From NCBI GenBank assembly GCA_017452505.1, contig JAFTMI010000011.1, positions 1,947 to 65,946 of the forward strand: a stretch of 64,000 nucleotides of DNA. The letters run 5' to 3'. A program made the position numbers and the translations under genes. The DNA comes from Oscillospiraceae bacterium. GTDB taxonomy: Bacteria; Bacillota; Clostridia; Oscillospirales; Oscillospiraceae. The notes under the pieces are model-generated. The model saw nothing but the letters and a program-made list of their open reading frames with translations, ran no database searches and was not told where the DNA came from. The first letter of the stretch is position 1; each line of letters begins with the position of its first letter. Shown here piece by piece: positions 33,348 to 43,034 of this stretch.

Positions 33348-34910
33348 TTATGATACTGTCACGCTCTTACTTTGTTCCTTGTGCAAATACATGGCATGGT
33401 CTGCCTTTGCAAACACATCCTTATACACCTGGTCAATAGCAGGATCAAAGACAGAAACACCTCTTGCCAGCGCCACGGGAATTCTGTTTTCGCACACGGT
33501 AACATAGTCCTTTGCGCAAGCTTCATCCAAGCGCACCAACAAGGTCCGGTAATTATCGTAATCCTTGCCGGCAAGGATCACAGCAAATTCATCGCCGCCG
33601 ATGCGGAACACAGAACTGGTTTTGAAAATATCTGTCAGAATCTTAGCGGTATGTACGATCAGCTCATCACCGATATCATGACCGAACCGGTCATTGGTCT
33701 GCTTCAGATTGTTGATATCCGCCACCAGCACGCCGAACTGGGGATTGCCGCAATTGATCTCCTGGGAGAGCTTTGCGGTGGCTTCTGTGTAGGCGGTGCT
33801 GTTTTTGATGCCGGTGAGGGAATCTCTATAGGCCAAAGCATTGATATAAGATGTGTACTCCTGCATTTTTTCGTAGGTATTGCTGAGAACTTTGTACAAG
33901 GTGCCGATCTCATCCTTGGAAGTCACCTCAATGCGGTTGGTCTCCAACTCTTCGCCTGCGGAAATCTTCTGTGCAGCAGCCATAAGATGCTTCAAGGGCT
34001 TGGTGATTCTGTTGGTCATGAACACCGTATACACAATAGCGCAGGCCAGCACCACAAGGAATGCCAGCACGATATTGCTCATCATGGGCCGAATGTTCCG
34101 CTGGATATCCTTATACTCTGCCCGCAGCTCCAGGAACATTCCGTTCTGCAGCTCAGCGTCAGCCTTGGTATGGGGCTCGGTGCTGTCCTCTTTATCCTGG
34201 TTGTTGTATCTGGTTTTGCCGTCGCTTCCCAGCAAAACAGCATAGCCGTTCTCGTACACGGAGATGCTGTTGATCCGCTCCACCAACTGCTCAAAATCCA
34301 TATCAAAACCGATAACACCCAGCAGCTCAGACCCCACATACATGGGCATAGCATAAGAAATCATCTGTCTTGTATATCCGGGGAAATAATAGGGTTTCAG
34401 CCAGGAGGCCTTTCCCTCCTTAATGGGAGTATAGTACCAGCCTGCATTCCGCTCATCGTCCTCGGCATATTGGGAAAGGTCCGTCACCTGCATTTCCTTG
34501 ACGGTATTGTTTTTTTCGACCAAATTGTAATAGCCGGTCGTACCGTCGGTGAATTCGGGATTCAGTCGCAGGTAGAAGCCCTCGATACCTTTGGTGTTCA
34601 AGGCGATCTCCGTAAACATCCGCTTAGTCTTCTGCAGATAATTGCTGCGGAATGTAAGGTCCGCCAGCTGGTCAATGCTCTCGATCTCACCAAGGGCATA
34701 GTGCTCCATAATGGCAGCGGATTTGCTGATATCACCCAAAGCATCGTTGATATAGGCCGCTTCCTTTTGGGTCACATTACTCAGAATTCTGTCTGCATCC
34801 TTGTGCATAATTTCGTGGGTCGTAGTGACCGCCACAGCGGACACCGCGGCAGTTATCACCAAAAGTCCGGCAATCACAACTGTCAAAATTTTTCCTTTGA
34901 TCGTTTTCAT
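33348..34910 (-). CDS. Cache-HAMP-GGDEF diguanylate cyclase
   Basis: TM-Cache (WYY...W..PY)-TM-HAMP (DEIGTL)-RIGGDEF. Confidence 0.92.
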   Translation of the reverse strand: MKTIKGKILTVVIAGLLVITAAVSAVAVTTTHEIMHKDADRILSNVTQKEAAYINDALGDISKSAAIMEHYALGEIESIDQLADLTFRSNYLQKTKRMFTEIALNTKGIEGFYLRLNPEFTDGTTGYYNLVEKNNTVKEMQVTDLSQYAEDDERNAGWYYTPIKEGKASWLKPYYFPGYTRQMISYAMPMYVGSELLGVIGFDMDFEQLVERINSISVYENGYAVLLGSDGKTRYNNQDKEDSTEPHTKADAELQNGMFLELRAEYKDIQRNIRPMMSNIVLAFLVVLACAIVYTVFMTNRITKPLKHLMAAAQKISAGEELETNRIEVTSKDEIGTLYKVLSNTYEKMQEYTSYINALAYRDSLTGIKNSTAYTEATAKLSQEINCGNPQFGVLVADINNLKQTNDRFGHDIGDELIVHTAKILTDIFKTSSVFRIGGDEFAVILAGKDYDNYRTLLVRLDEACAKDYVTVCENRIPVALARGVSVFDPAIDQVYKDVFAKADHAMYLHKEQSKSVTVS

Positions 34911-34925
34911 TCTTTTCTTCTCCCT

Positions 34926-37016
34926 TTATGCACCGACTATATCGGTGATGCTGCGGTAATAACCCTCTAAGACGACCATACCGTCTGCGTTATCCACACG
35001 CTTTCCGCTCATGCGGACCATAATCTCCCCAAACTGGGGATGACACCAGGGGAATTCCATCTGCACAGCTTTTTCTCCGCAGATCATCTCGGTAAGATTT
35101 TCTTTCACATAGGCCCGGTAATCCGGGTGTATGTTAGACTCCCAATAGCCAAAACACGCCTTGGGGGAGCAATTCGTTTCCACCGCCAAAAGTTGTTTCA
35201 TAATTCCATCGGTGTGAAGCTCATGATCGCTTTGGGATTCCTTGATGCGCATAGCCCAAAGGCCGATGCCGTTTGCCCGAAGAATACCCTTGGGGTCAAA
35301 ACGCAAAATGCCCATTTGCTCCTTGTATGCATGGATTTTCTGCAGGAACGCAAGGCGGTTCTGATATTCCGGCGCAGCGGGATCCAGGTAGGCCTTTTCA
35401 ATCCTTTGGGCAGTGTCGGGCTTGTCAAATAGATAACCTTGCAGCACATCCGGCTGCAGCTGCTCCAATATAGCCAGCTCCCGGGTGGTTTCCACACCCT
35501 CGCAGCAGGTACGGATATCATTACCCTTGGCAAATTCGATAACATTGCTGATAAGCTTGTAATTGTAGGTGTCCTGCTCGATATCGGTGACGAACACCCG
35601 GTCAATCTTGATCTTGTCCACATTCAGCTGCTTCAGATAGCCCAGATTGGAATAGCCCGTGCCAAAATCGTCGATGGCGAAACGAATATCAAAGGCCCGG
35701 AGCTGTTTTATGATATTCTCCATCTGCTCGCTGCTGTGAAGCTCTATAGACTCGGTGATCTCCACGGTCAGCGCAGCGCCCTCCAGACCTATATCCTTTA
35801 GAATCTCAATAATCTTTTCGCCCAGATAGATATCCTCAAACTGCAGCGCAGACACATTCACGCTGACCCGCAGGTCCGGAATCGTCTCCCGCCATTTTTT
35901 GCACTGAGTGGCAGCTTCCCGCAGTACCCACAGGCCCACTTCCTTGATGAGCCGTGACTGCTCCAGCACCGGGATAAATTCATCAGGGAACACCATCCCC
36001 CGGGTCTTGGAATTGTACCGCAAAAGTGCCTCAACGCCGTAGAGGGTATAATCTCCTGCACGAACCTGGGGCTGATAATAGACCGCAAACCCTTCACAAC
36101 CGTTTTCCACACTCTGCTTCAGCTCTTCCAGCAAAGCGAGGGTGGTAATTTTTTTGCTTAAATCCTCCCGGGAGAAGAACTCAATCCGATTATCCGAAAT
36201 GGCCTTGGCCTTCTTCATGGTCATATTGATGGAATCCAGCAGCTGGGTCTCATCAAAGAACAGTTCCTTGTCAATGGGCACGACACTGGCTGTAAAGGTG
36301 CATTTTTCCTGCATTGCCTGCTTAACACCTTCATAGAAGTCACGGACCTGCGCTTCCGTCCCGGCCTTCAAAATGAGAGCAAAATAGTTGTGGTCAATGT
36401 GGTAAGCGGTCTTGACCAGCTTATGATTTTCGCACAGCTCGGCTACTTCTTTCAAGAGGCTGTCGCCGTACGGCCTGCCGTGGGAGAGGTTGATTGCAGC
36501 CAGGCTGTCAATATCCAGAAACATCAAATAGCCTTTGCCCCGTTTCACCGCTTCTTTCAAGTCGCTTCTGAGCTTGTTCTTATTCCAAAGACCGGTTAGC
36601 GGATTGTATAGATGCCGCAGGTTTTCCTCGGACACTCTGCCGATCATCAAATGGGGCTTATTTTCGTTATCCCGAATCACCGTGCCGTGGCAGTTGATCC
36701 ACACCTTTTGACCGCTGCGATTGATCCAGCGGTAGTCCATATTGTGGGTATCCTTTTTGCCCTCGGCGATCTCCTGCAGACTTTCCCGGACAGCTTTTCG
36801 GTCCGCCGGGTGAATGATCTTCATCATTTCCGGGGTGCTGTTGGTGTCGCTGCCGTTTTTTCGGATATGGTAATACTTGTCGATATCGCCGAAGAACCAC
36901 CTTCTGTCGGCCTTGATATCCCAAATGAACAAATAGTCATCGGTGGACCGGTTGATGGTTTCAATCAGCTTGCAGGTAGTTTCAAAGCCTGCATTTGTCT
37001 TTAAGAAATTATCCAT
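34926..37016 (-). CDS. PAS-degenerate GGDEF-EAL phosphodiesterase
   Basis: YYQPQ, EAL, DDFGTGYS and EGVE intact; GGDEF replaced by IDHNYF. Confidence 0.9.
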   Translation of the reverse strand: MDNFLKTNAGFETTCKLIETINRSTDDYLFIWDIKADRRWFFGDIDKYYHIRKNGSDTNSTPEMMKIIHPADRKAVRESLQEIAEGKKDTHNMDYRWINRSGQKVWINCHGTVIRDNENKPHLMIGRVSEENLRHLYNPLTGLWNKNKLRSDLKEAVKRGKGYLMFLDIDSLAAINLSHGRPYGDSLLKEVAELCENHKLVKTAYHIDHNYFALILKAGTEAQVRDFYEGVKQAMQEKCTFTASVVPIDKELFFDETQLLDSINMTMKKAKAISDNRIEFFSREDLSKKITTLALLEELKQSVENGCEGFAVYYQPQVRAGDYTLYGVEALLRYNSKTRGMVFPDEFIPVLEQSRLIKEVGLWVLREAATQCKKWRETIPDLRVSVNVSALQFEDIYLGEKIIEILKDIGLEGAALTVEITESIELHSSEQMENIIKQLRAFDIRFAIDDFGTGYSNLGYLKQLNVDKIKIDRVFVTDIEQDTYNYKLISNVIEFAKGNDIRTCCEGVETTRELAILEQLQPDVLQGYLFDKPDTAQRIEKAYLDPAAPEYQNRLAFLQKIHAYKEQMGILRFDPKGILRANGIGLWAMRIKESQSDHELHTDGIMKQLLAVETNCSPKACFGYWESNIHPDYRAYVKENLTEMICGEKAVQMEFPWCHPQFGEIMVRMSGKRVDNADGMVVLEGYYRSITDIVGA

Positions 37017-37680
37017 GATATTCTCCGTTATATTGGATCAGTGTGGCATCCTCGACGCCTTCCAGGTCACGAATCTTATCCAAAAAGAACATGTCATTGT
37101 CTTTGCAGTATACCTCCACCGCCATCTCGGTTTTGCCCTTGCGGACGGTTTTGGATTTGACAAAATATTTCATTTTGCCGAAGGCACGAATCACATTGTC
37201 ACCGGCTTCATCCCCCAGGTAATGGATCACCGCAATGTAAATGCGCCCCTTTTGCTGCTTGTGGTAAAAAAGAACGATCATAGCGATCATCACCACCGCT
37301 GCCACCAAAACCAGCAGGTACATACCTGCGCCGGCGGTAATGCCGGTGGTAATGGCCCAGAACAGGTACAGAAGATCCAGGGGATCTTTCACCGCCGTAC
37401 GGAAACGGACGATAGACAGCGCACCCACCATACCAAGGGAGATAACGATATTGGTACTGATGGCCAGGGTGACCATTGCCGTGAGCACCGTCATACCCAC
37501 CAAGGTAATAGCAAAGCTCCGGGAGTAGATCACACCCACATAGAACTTGCTGTAAACAAGATAAATGACCGCGCCCATCAGCACTGCGGTGATTAGGCCC
37601 AGCGCAATGTTGGTCAGGCTTGCGCCGTCAAAGGCGCCGGATTCTAAGATTGATTTTTTGATAAAGTCCTGAACACTCAT
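37009..37680 (-). CDS. DUF4956 membrane protein
   Basis: SLGMVGALSIVRFRTAVKDP. Confidence 0.9.
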   Translation of the reverse strand: MSVQDFIKKSILESGAFDGASLTNIALGLITAVLMGAVIYLVYSKFYVGVIYSRSFAITLVGMTVLTAMVTLAISTNIVISLGMVGALSIVRFRTAVKDPLDLLYLFWAITTGITAGAGMYLLVLVAAVVMIAMIVLFYHKQQKGRIYIAVIHYLGDEAGDNVIRAFGKMKYFVKSKTVRKGKTEMAVEVYCKDNDMFFLDKIRDLEGVEDATLIQYNGEYHG

Positions 37681-37695
37681 AATAATTCCCCCCGA

Positions 37696-38418
37696 TTAGT
37701 TCTCATACCAGTATTTAAAACTGTTCATATACTCGGTTTTCTCATAGCAAAGGACATATTTGGATACCGCCGTGAATTCCGACGCCCTGTCGGGAAGCAG
37801 TTCCCGGACAAACTGGGGCAGAAATTCCGTGAATTTCACTTCCATCACGCATTTGCCCGGCTCCAGCACCGACAAGGTGGGCAGGGTGGGATCAAAAATA
37901 TCGTAGCTGCCCACAGCCGCCCGCACATCCATATCAAAGGTGATCCGCACAGTGCCTTCATCCAGCACCCAGGGCTCCCGGTCATAGTCCACAATGGTCC
38001 GGGGCCGCATCACATTGCTGACACACTCCACATAGAACTCCCGGCAGAGGGATTGATCGCTGTGGAGCAGAAATTCATAATCCCCGTCCAGAATCTTGTA
38101 GACCTCATCCCGGGTCAGGGATGCCGCCTCCTTGAAGATGTACGCGCCGAATTTCTTCTTCCGCTCCAGCTTGATGCTTTTATCGGAGCAGTCATAGATA
38201 CGGATACGATACTTCTTTCGTTTCAGAACACCTGCATCCTTTTCCTCGTAAGCCGATTGATAGTAATCGTCAAAATAGAGGCTGCGGAGCATATAGCCGC
38301 CGTTTAAGGCGTGCTTATCCAGCTGCAGCATCGGATCTAAACGCTGGCATATCAGTTCCTTTTGGGCGGTGTCTATGAGATATTTCCACTCGTTTCTATA
38401 CCGCTCAGCTTTCGACAT
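37696..38418 (-). CDS. VTC (polyphosphate polymerase) domain protein
   Basis: RNEWKY, RSLYFD, KYRIRIY, RITFD, EVKF and SKY; start at 38418. Confidence 0.9.
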   Translation of the reverse strand: MSKAERYRNEWKYLIDTAQKELICQRLDPMLQLDKHALNGGYMLRSLYFDDYYQSAYEEKDAGVLKRKKYRIRIYDCSDKSIKLERKKKFGAYIFKEAASLTRDEVYKILDGDYEFLLHSDQSLCREFYVECVSNVMRPRTIVDYDREPWVLDEGTVRITFDMDVRAAVGSYDIFDPTLPTLSVLEPGKCVMEVKFTEFLPQFVRELLPDRASEFTAVSKYVLCYEKTEYMNSFKYWYEN

Positions 38419-40165
38419 AAATATCCTCCACGATCTTGCCCTTCTCGTCCACAAAGAAGCTCTTCGTGCCATAGACCTTGCCCCGCTCCAGTATGTAGTA
38501 ATCAAAAGCATACTGGCTCTGGCCACTTTCGTTGGTAGCCGTCACCCGCATAAAATACTGACCCCGGGGCAATTTGTCGAACTTGGCCATGGGAATGGCA
38601 AGGTCTGTCTGCTTTACAATGGGATTTTTGAAATAATAGTCCTTTGCCAGCTCAAAGGTGTATGTAATATCCTCCCCCTTAAAGTCGAAAGAGGCATCCC
38701 ACTGCACAGTATAGCCGCCGTCTTTTTCCTGAGGCACACCAATATAGAAGGGCATGGGCTTTTTGAGAGATTCCAAATAGCGGTTGTAGTTATCTGCGAT
38801 TTCTGTATTGATGTTACCGGCCACCTTGTCATATTGGCTGGGGGTCAGGCGCACATACGTTAGATCCTTGCCGGAATATATATGGGGCTTTAGCAGTTTT
38901 GTGTAGGCATTCACATAGGAGTCCAAAAGCTCCGGTGTTAGCAGTTGTTTTAAGTCCTGCATAGCATCATCCAAGGCTTTCCGGAAGGTTTCCGACTTCA
39001 GACATCTCTGGAACAGCACATTGCCCCAATAGTTACTGATGCCGCTTTCCCAATGCTCGTAGTCATATCTGTCCACAATGGTATATTCGGTTCGGCAAAG
39101 CATACCGTCAATATCCCAGGGCAAAATGTACCATCTATCCACATTCTGGGGGCTGTAGAGATAGAAGTTTCGGCTTTGGGTATCCACATTGCCGATCATC
39201 AGATTGAATGCCATCCAGTAGGCGATATTTTCCAAGTCGAAGTTTTCTTCCAAAATCTCCTCGATGGGAATGGAGAAGTCGTTGACCTTCTGAAGCATTT
39301 CAATGAGCTTGGTGTGGTCATCGTCACCCTTGATCTCTAAAATCTCCTCGAACTTCTTTACATCGTAGCGGGGATCGTCCTTTAGAACAATGGTATCCTC
39401 GTAGCGGTAGAACTCACAAAAATTCACCTTATACAGGTGTCCGCGGTTATCCAGTCCGTGGGCTTTCAGTGCGGTTTTGTTCAGCTGTTCCACCTGGGTA
39501 TAAATGCCGTAGTCCTGGAATTTTGCATTGGCGCCGGCTGTGGTGTCCTTCACATACAGCCGCACAAAGGTGGTCCGCAGACCCATCAATTCATCAATAT
39601 GCGTCAGCAAGTCAAAACCCAGCTTGTTGCGGAAACGCAGGCCATCGCCCTGGTGCTTGTTCAGGGCAATAGTGGTCTGTCCCCGCCAATCGCCTTTATT
39701 GTCTTTGATGGCGATCTTGTAGTTTTTCTGGGGGTTGCGGCTGGAGGACTGACCTCTTATCTGCACCGTGCAGTTGGGCGCTACCTGGCCGTAACCCAAT
39801 TCACCGGGAATCAATCCGTTCTCGTCGCCCACCTGCAAAAGGCCCGCCACCTTATAGCGGTCCACACCCATTTCCTCATAATCATAGGCGGAATAGGTGT
39901 TTACTTCCTCCCAGGTGTGGTTGGTGCCTTCTCCCTCGTTGCCCGTGGACACGGTCAGGTACATGGTTACGATCTCAGTATTGTCATACTGGGTGTATAA
40001 AAGATTTTTGTCCCGGAGATGAATATCCGTTTCCGTCTGGATCTCCTGCTTGTCGATCTGTGTTCCCAGCTGGGTATCCACAGCCTCCTCAAACTGGCCG
40101 CAGCCACACAGGGACATCAGCAAAGATGCCGTTAAAAAGCCCGATAATATGCGTTTGACTGCCAT
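38405..40165 (-). CDS. CotH kinase family lipoprotein
   Basis: Lipobox LCGC; RGQSS, KNYKI, NFYLY and LPWD. Confidence 0.85.
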   Translation of the reverse strand: MAVKRILSGFLTASLLMSLCGCGQFEEAVDTQLGTQIDKQEIQTETDIHLRDKNLLYTQYDNTEIVTMYLTVSTGNEGEGTNHTWEEVNTYSAYDYEEMGVDRYKVAGLLQVGDENGLIPGELGYGQVAPNCTVQIRGQSSSRNPQKNYKIAIKDNKGDWRGQTTIALNKHQGDGLRFRNKLGFDLLTHIDELMGLRTTFVRLYVKDTTAGANAKFQDYGIYTQVEQLNKTALKAHGLDNRGHLYKVNFCEFYRYEDTIVLKDDPRYDVKKFEEILEIKGDDDHTKLIEMLQKVNDFSIPIEEILEENFDLENIAYWMAFNLMIGNVDTQSRNFYLYSPQNVDRWYILPWDIDGMLCRTEYTIVDRYDYEHWESGISNYWGNVLFQRCLKSETFRKALDDAMQDLKQLLTPELLDSYVNAYTKLLKPHIYSGKDLTYVRLTPSQYDKVAGNINTEIADNYNRYLESLKKPMPFYIGVPQEKDGGYTVQWDASFDFKGEDITYTFELAKDYYFKNPIVKQTDLAIPMAKFDKLPRGQYFMRVTATNESGQSQYAFDYYILERGKVYGTKSFFVDEKGKIVEDIYVES

Positions 40166-40167
40166 AT

Positions 40168-41619
40168 TTATCTCCTTTCAAACTTTTCTTCCAGATATAC
40201 ACCCAACCGGGCAAAGAACCCGGAGCGGTCTTCCGCCACCAGGGGCTGCACGGACAGGATATAGTAAGGTAATCTCTTGGTGAAGTAATCCAATCGCAGG
40301 GCGGTGGCTACCGTAAAGACCAGCGTTGCCAGCAGGAAGCCGAAGCCGTAATACACATTGGGGAAAAACAGGGATATGACCGTAAACACCACCGTACAGG
40401 CCGCAAACAAGGCGGTAGTGACGCAAGCGCCCTTATAGTCGGTGAAATACAGCAGTATCAGCATCAGCATATTGCCGATGGCATAAAGGCCATAGGCCAC
40501 GCAAAGGGTGCGGAAATATCCCCGCATAATCTCATTAAAGCCCAGAGGCAGCAGGTCCAAAATATAGCCGCCCAGGGCGATGCAGGCCGCCGAGAACAAA
40601 AGCTGCTTCAAGGCTGTGTAGAACACCTCTGTTTTCAAGGTGTCCAGCATTTCCTTTTCCGACTGTAAAATATCGCCGATGGTGCCTTTGTCATTGTAAA
40701 GGCTGTAGTGGTTGCGGTACTTGGGGTAGAAATTCACCTCCACGGAAACCACAAAATTCACCGTGGTCATCAGTGCGGTCATAAAGGCCAGCAGCGCAGG
40801 CACATCGTGCCAGGGCGCGCCGTAGAACAGGCCGTGGACATGGACTTGGATATCCGAGCACCACATGATCACCAAATGGGAGAACATACCGATGTTCATA
40901 AACAGGCCGGACAAGGCCAGGGGCAAAAAGGCATCGATCCACTTAAAAAAGGTGAATGCGCCCAGTTCGGTATGGGGGAAATACCGGTGGAGCAGAATCA
41001 TATTCCAAATAAGCATCACACCGTAGCCCACGGACACGGAAAACAGCAGCGCCTCCACCGGGGGGCATTTCAAACACAAAAGCAGCGCACCCAAGCCGAT
41101 GGACACCGCCACCGAAGTGAGAAAGGACAGGAAGATGCCCTTATAATCCTTGATGGCAGTCAGAAAGCTCATGGCGTTCCATACAACGATCAGCTCATTG
41201 AACAGGACAAAGCACAAAATGCCCTGCAGCAGGGTTGCCCCGGAAATGCACAGAAAAATCCCATAGATCACACTGCCCACTGCCATCATAATCACCGTTG
41301 AGCCCCAAAAGCAAGGCAGTACCGCGGTGTTTTTCTCCTCGAAGAGCATATCAGCCACATACCGGGTCACCACCATAGAGAAAAAGGAAGTGACCGTCAC
41401 CGATGCCAACAGGGTATAGGTAATCATGCAAATCAGCAGTTCCCGGTGGAAGCCACCCACCTTAAAGATATTGCAAAGGAACATAATGCCCAAAAGCAAC
41501 AAAACGCCCAGCAGCATAGGGCCTGCGCAGATCACCGATGCATAGCCGTATGCTTTGGCGGTGTTCAGCACGCCCTTTTTCTGGAACAGTTTTTTCAGTT
41601 CAAAGCCTATGCCTGCCAC
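40168..41619 (-). CDS. pelG: Pel exopolysaccharide transporter PelG
   Basis: GTG start of (M)AGIGFELKK, the canonical PelG N-terminus; multi-TM. Confidence 0.92.
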   Translation of the reverse strand: MAGIGFELKKLFQKKGVLNTAKAYGYASVICAGPMLLGVLLLLGIMFLCNIFKVGGFHRELLICMITYTLLASVTVTSFFSMVVTRYVADMLFEEKNTAVLPCFWGSTVIMMAVGSVIYGIFLCISGATLLQGILCFVLFNELIVVWNAMSFLTAIKDYKGIFLSFLTSVAVSIGLGALLLCLKCPPVEALLFSVSVGYGVMLIWNMILLHRYFPHTELGAFTFFKWIDAFLPLALSGLFMNIGMFSHLVIMWCSDIQVHVHGLFYGAPWHDVPALLAFMTALMTTVNFVVSVEVNFYPKYRNHYSLYNDKGTIGDILQSEKEMLDTLKTEVFYTALKQLLFSAACIALGGYILDLLPLGFNEIMRGYFRTLCVAYGLYAIGNMLMLILLYFTDYKGACVTTALFAACTVVFTVISLFFPNVYYGFGFLLATLVFTVATALRLDYFTKRLPYYILSVQPLVAEDRSGFFARLGVYLEEKFERR

Positions 41620-43025
41620 TGGGTCTCCACCTCTTTGTACAAATCTCTGTATTTTGTCAGCATAATGTTGTAGCGATAATATGTATATGCCCGTTTTTGG
41701 CCGATCTCGCCCATTTTCAGCCGCAGCTGGCGGGATTCGCAAAGCATTTCCATGGCATCTGCCAGTTTTTCCCGCTGCATGGGCGGCACATAAAAGCCCG
41801 CCTTGCCCAGGGTATCTCCGGGAGAGCCGTCCAAAAGCTCATTGCAGCAGCCCACATCGGTGGTCACCGCCGGCCGCTTGGCGGCAAAGGACTCCAGCAC
41901 TGACAAAGGCTGGCCCTCGGAAATACTGGTAAGCAAAGTAAAATCCAGCTTTTCAAAGTACTCAATGATATTCACACGGCCTGTAAAGATGATCTTGTCC
42001 TCCAAATTCAGCTGCTTGACCAGCGCATAGCACTCATCGGCATACTCCTGGTCGTCCACGCCGCCCATAATATGCAGCCGCACATTGTCCTTACGGCAGG
42101 AAAGCTCAAAGAAGGCATAGATCATGGTTTTGATATCTTTTATGGGGGCAAGGCGCACCACCGCGCCAATGTCCACCATGCCGTCATCTGCTTTTAAGGG
42201 GATATTGCAAAGCCGTTCGTAGCTGATGCCATTTTCCACCACCCGGCACTTCTCCGGGGCGCAGCCCATATCGATCTGGGTTTGCATAGCCCTTGTAAAA
42301 AGCGCCGACACCCGGAACGCCCGGGAGTAGATCATATCCGACAACATATAGAAAAAGTCGATCCAATGGGGCTTAAATGCCCGGGCCACCCATTTGGCCC
42401 GAATGATCTCTTCTTCCCGCTCCCGGGTATAGATGCCATGTTCGGTGAGCATCAGAGGTTTGTGGTTAATGTATGCGCCCATGGTTGCCAAAAGGCCGCC
42501 ATAGCCTGTGCAAATGGCGTGATAGCAGTCAGCCTCTGGAATTTCCGTACCCATCAGATACAGCACCGGCAAAAGCCGGGACCGGACAGAATGAAAGGCA
42601 TCGGAAAAGGCGATAAAGGGAAACTCCGCCTGGCAGGTTTCCGTAAGGGTCTGCAAAAAGCTCTGGCTTTTCAAGTAGGCCATAGGATTGATCTTTTTCA
42701 CCTGGTACAGGTCGAAAAGCAGCTCCCAATCGGGCTTATCGGAAGATACCAGCTTTTTGTGGGCCTCTTTCTCCGCCTCCGTGAATTTATGATCAAAGAA
42801 GCCTGTATCCTTCACCCGCAGGGCATCGTCTAAGAACACCTGCTGGACACCCACCACATTGGGTGGCAGGGTATACACAAATTTATCTCTGTCTTCTGCT
42901 TTCGCACCAATAACCCAAAGCACAAATTCGTGTTCGGGCATTTCGGTGATATATTGGTGCATCCAGGTTGAAACACCGCCGTTGATAAAGGGGTAACAAC
43001 CTTCCAGAATCAGACAAATTTTCAC
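41607..43025 (-). CDS. pelF: GT4 glycosyltransferase PelF
   Basis: EGCYPFINGGVSTW, TGYGG, TEHGIYTRER and SISEGQPL. Confidence 0.93.
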   Translation of the reverse strand: MKICLILEGCYPFINGGVSTWMHQYITEMPEHEFVLWVIGAKAEDRDKFVYTLPPNVVGVQQVFLDDALRVKDTGFFDHKFTEAEKEAHKKLVSSDKPDWELLFDLYQVKKINPMAYLKSQSFLQTLTETCQAEFPFIAFSDAFHSVRSRLLPVLYLMGTEIPEADCYHAICTGYGGLLATMGAYINHKPLMLTEHGIYTREREEEIIRAKWVARAFKPHWIDFFYMLSDMIYSRAFRVSALFTRAMQTQIDMGCAPEKCRVVENGISYERLCNIPLKADDGMVDIGAVVRLAPIKDIKTMIYAFFELSCRKDNVRLHIMGGVDDQEYADECYALVKQLNLEDKIIFTGRVNIIEYFEKLDFTLLTSISEGQPLSVLESFAAKRPAVTTDVGCCNELLDGSPGDTLGKAGFYVPPMQREKLADAMEMLCESRQLRLKMGEIGQKRAYTYYRYNIMLTKYRDLYKEVETQWQA

Positions 43026-43034
43026 TTTTTTCTC

